Source of the DNA: Eubacteriales bacterium
Lineage (GTDB): Bacteria; Bacillota; Clostridia; Oscillospirales; CAG-382
Length of the DNA: 64,000 bases
NCBI GenBank assembly: GCA_045538555.1
Contig: JAZSRP010000049.1
Span: 65,476-129,475, forward strand
Direction: 5' to 3'
This document shows positions 63,267 through 64,000 of the stretch, piece by piece. A model generated the notes under the pieces. That model was not told where the DNA came from. It did no database searches and worked only from the letters and a program-made list of their open reading frames with translations. How positions within the stretch are numbered: the stretch's first letter is position 1; each line of letters opens with the position of its first letter. The position numbers were made by a program, and so were the translations under genes.

Positions 63267-64000
63267 ATGAAAAGTCACAGCAACAGCTACAAAGAAGCAG
63301 GCGTTGATATAACAGCCGGCTACAAAGCGGTGGAGCTGATGAAGCAGCACATTGCACGCACTGTTACCGACGGAGTGGTTTCGGGTATCGGCGGATTTGG
63401 CGGACTGTTTGAACTGGATGTTACCGATATGCCCCATCCCGTATTGGTGAGCGGCACCGACGGCGTTGGCACAAAACTCAAGCTCGCTTTTCGAACAGGC
63501 AAGCATGATACGGTAGGCATCGACTGCGTGGCAATGTGTGTCAACGACATTGTTTGCTGCGGCGCAAAGCCCTTGTTCTTCCTTGATTACATTGCACTTG
63601 GAAAAAACGTTCCCGAGCGTGTGGCTGAGATCGTTTCCGGTGTGGCAAATGGCTGCGTTATGGCGGGTTGCGCTCTTATCGGCGGCGAGACTGCAGAGAT
63701 GCCGGGCTTTTATCCCGTTGACGAGTATGATATTGCGGGATTCTCCGTAGGCGCAGTGGACAAATCAAAAATTATTGACAACTCAGCCATAAAAGAAGGA
63801 GACGCTATTATTGCAATTCCATCCAGCGGCGTTCATTCCAACGGTTTTTCACTTGTGCGCAAGGTATTTGACATTGAAAATTGCACCGATACCGAGTTGA
63901 TGCTGTCTCTTTTGACTCCCACCCGGATCTACGTAAAGCCCGTTCTTGCGCTGATAAAAGAGGTTCCTGTCAAGGGTATCTCACACATTACAGGCGGCGG
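63267..64000 (+). CDS. purM: phosphoribosylformylglycinamidine cyclo-ligase (AIR synthetase), 3' end beyond the window
   Basis: ATG at 63267 follows GAGGA. My translation is [33 protein letters not shown]...[11 protein letters not shown]. The ORF is open to the end of the window, which is why it is absent from the ORF track. Confidence 0.88.
   Translation, partial: MKSHSNSYKEAGVDITAGYKAVELMKQHIARTVTDGVVSGIGGFGGLFELDVTDMPHPVLVSGTDGVGTKLKLAFRTGKHDTVGIDCVAMCVNDIVCCGAKPLFFLDYIALGKNVPERVAEIVSGVANGCVMAGCALIGGETAEMPGFYPVDEYDIAGFSVGAVDKSKIIDNSAIKEGDAIIAIPSSGVHSNGFSLVRKVFDIENCTDTELMLSLLTPTRIYVKPVLALIKEVPVKGISHITGG

Overview
This 64-kb window is a Firmicutes/Clostridia chromosome segment, probably Ruminococcus-like because one secreted protein carries a type I dockerin. 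Two stretches are ordinary, relatively GC-rich chromosome (1-34.9 kb and 54.3-64 kb). They carry efp plus an M24 aminopeptidase, purC, purE-purF-purM, tig-clpP-clpX, two ABC transporters, an OmpR/HisKA two-component pair, a capsule-regulation module (Wzz/CpsD/CpsB/LCP), a GH3 glycosidase, sortase B and several secreted or anchored proteins. Between them lies a visibly AT-rich island of about 19.3 kb (34,925-54,334). It is inserted in the 3' end of tRNA-Leu(CAG) and bounded by a 54-bp direct repeat, with an intact tyrosine integrase and excisionase next to the tRNA. A decayed copy of a related integrase sits at the far end. I see no phage structural genes, conjugation genes or relaxase in the island. 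Its cargo has four parts. (i) A translationally coupled pair: a Panacea/DUF4065 antitoxin-like gene and a 421-aa coiled-coil, 4-TM protein. (ii) A nine-gene operon headed by a LexA-like S24 repressor and a UvrD-family helicase, with a palindromic operator candidate at its promoter. (iii) A stand-alone TIR-domain protein with an unassigned C-terminal region of about 240 aa. (iv) A convergent six-gene operon (SAM methyltransferase, GNAT, DUF3795, mini-ferredoxin, YcaQ/AlkZ-like winged-helix protein, alpha/alpha-toroid-like protein). An 800-bp non-coding stretch upstream of xis/int is packed with iterons. The best candidates for an undescribed system are the TIR protein, the PanA-like/membrane pair and the LexA-like/UvrD operon. 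None matches a complete named defence system that I can recognise. Outside the island the notable items are a textbook ZTP (pfl) riboswitch upstream of purE, a promoter-to-terminator unit upstream of the aminopeptidase-efp operon, a Cys/Asp low-complexity protein, and a non-canonical xPTGD sorting signal shared by three surface proteins. All calls rest on reading the sequence and the ORF track. No database search was run.
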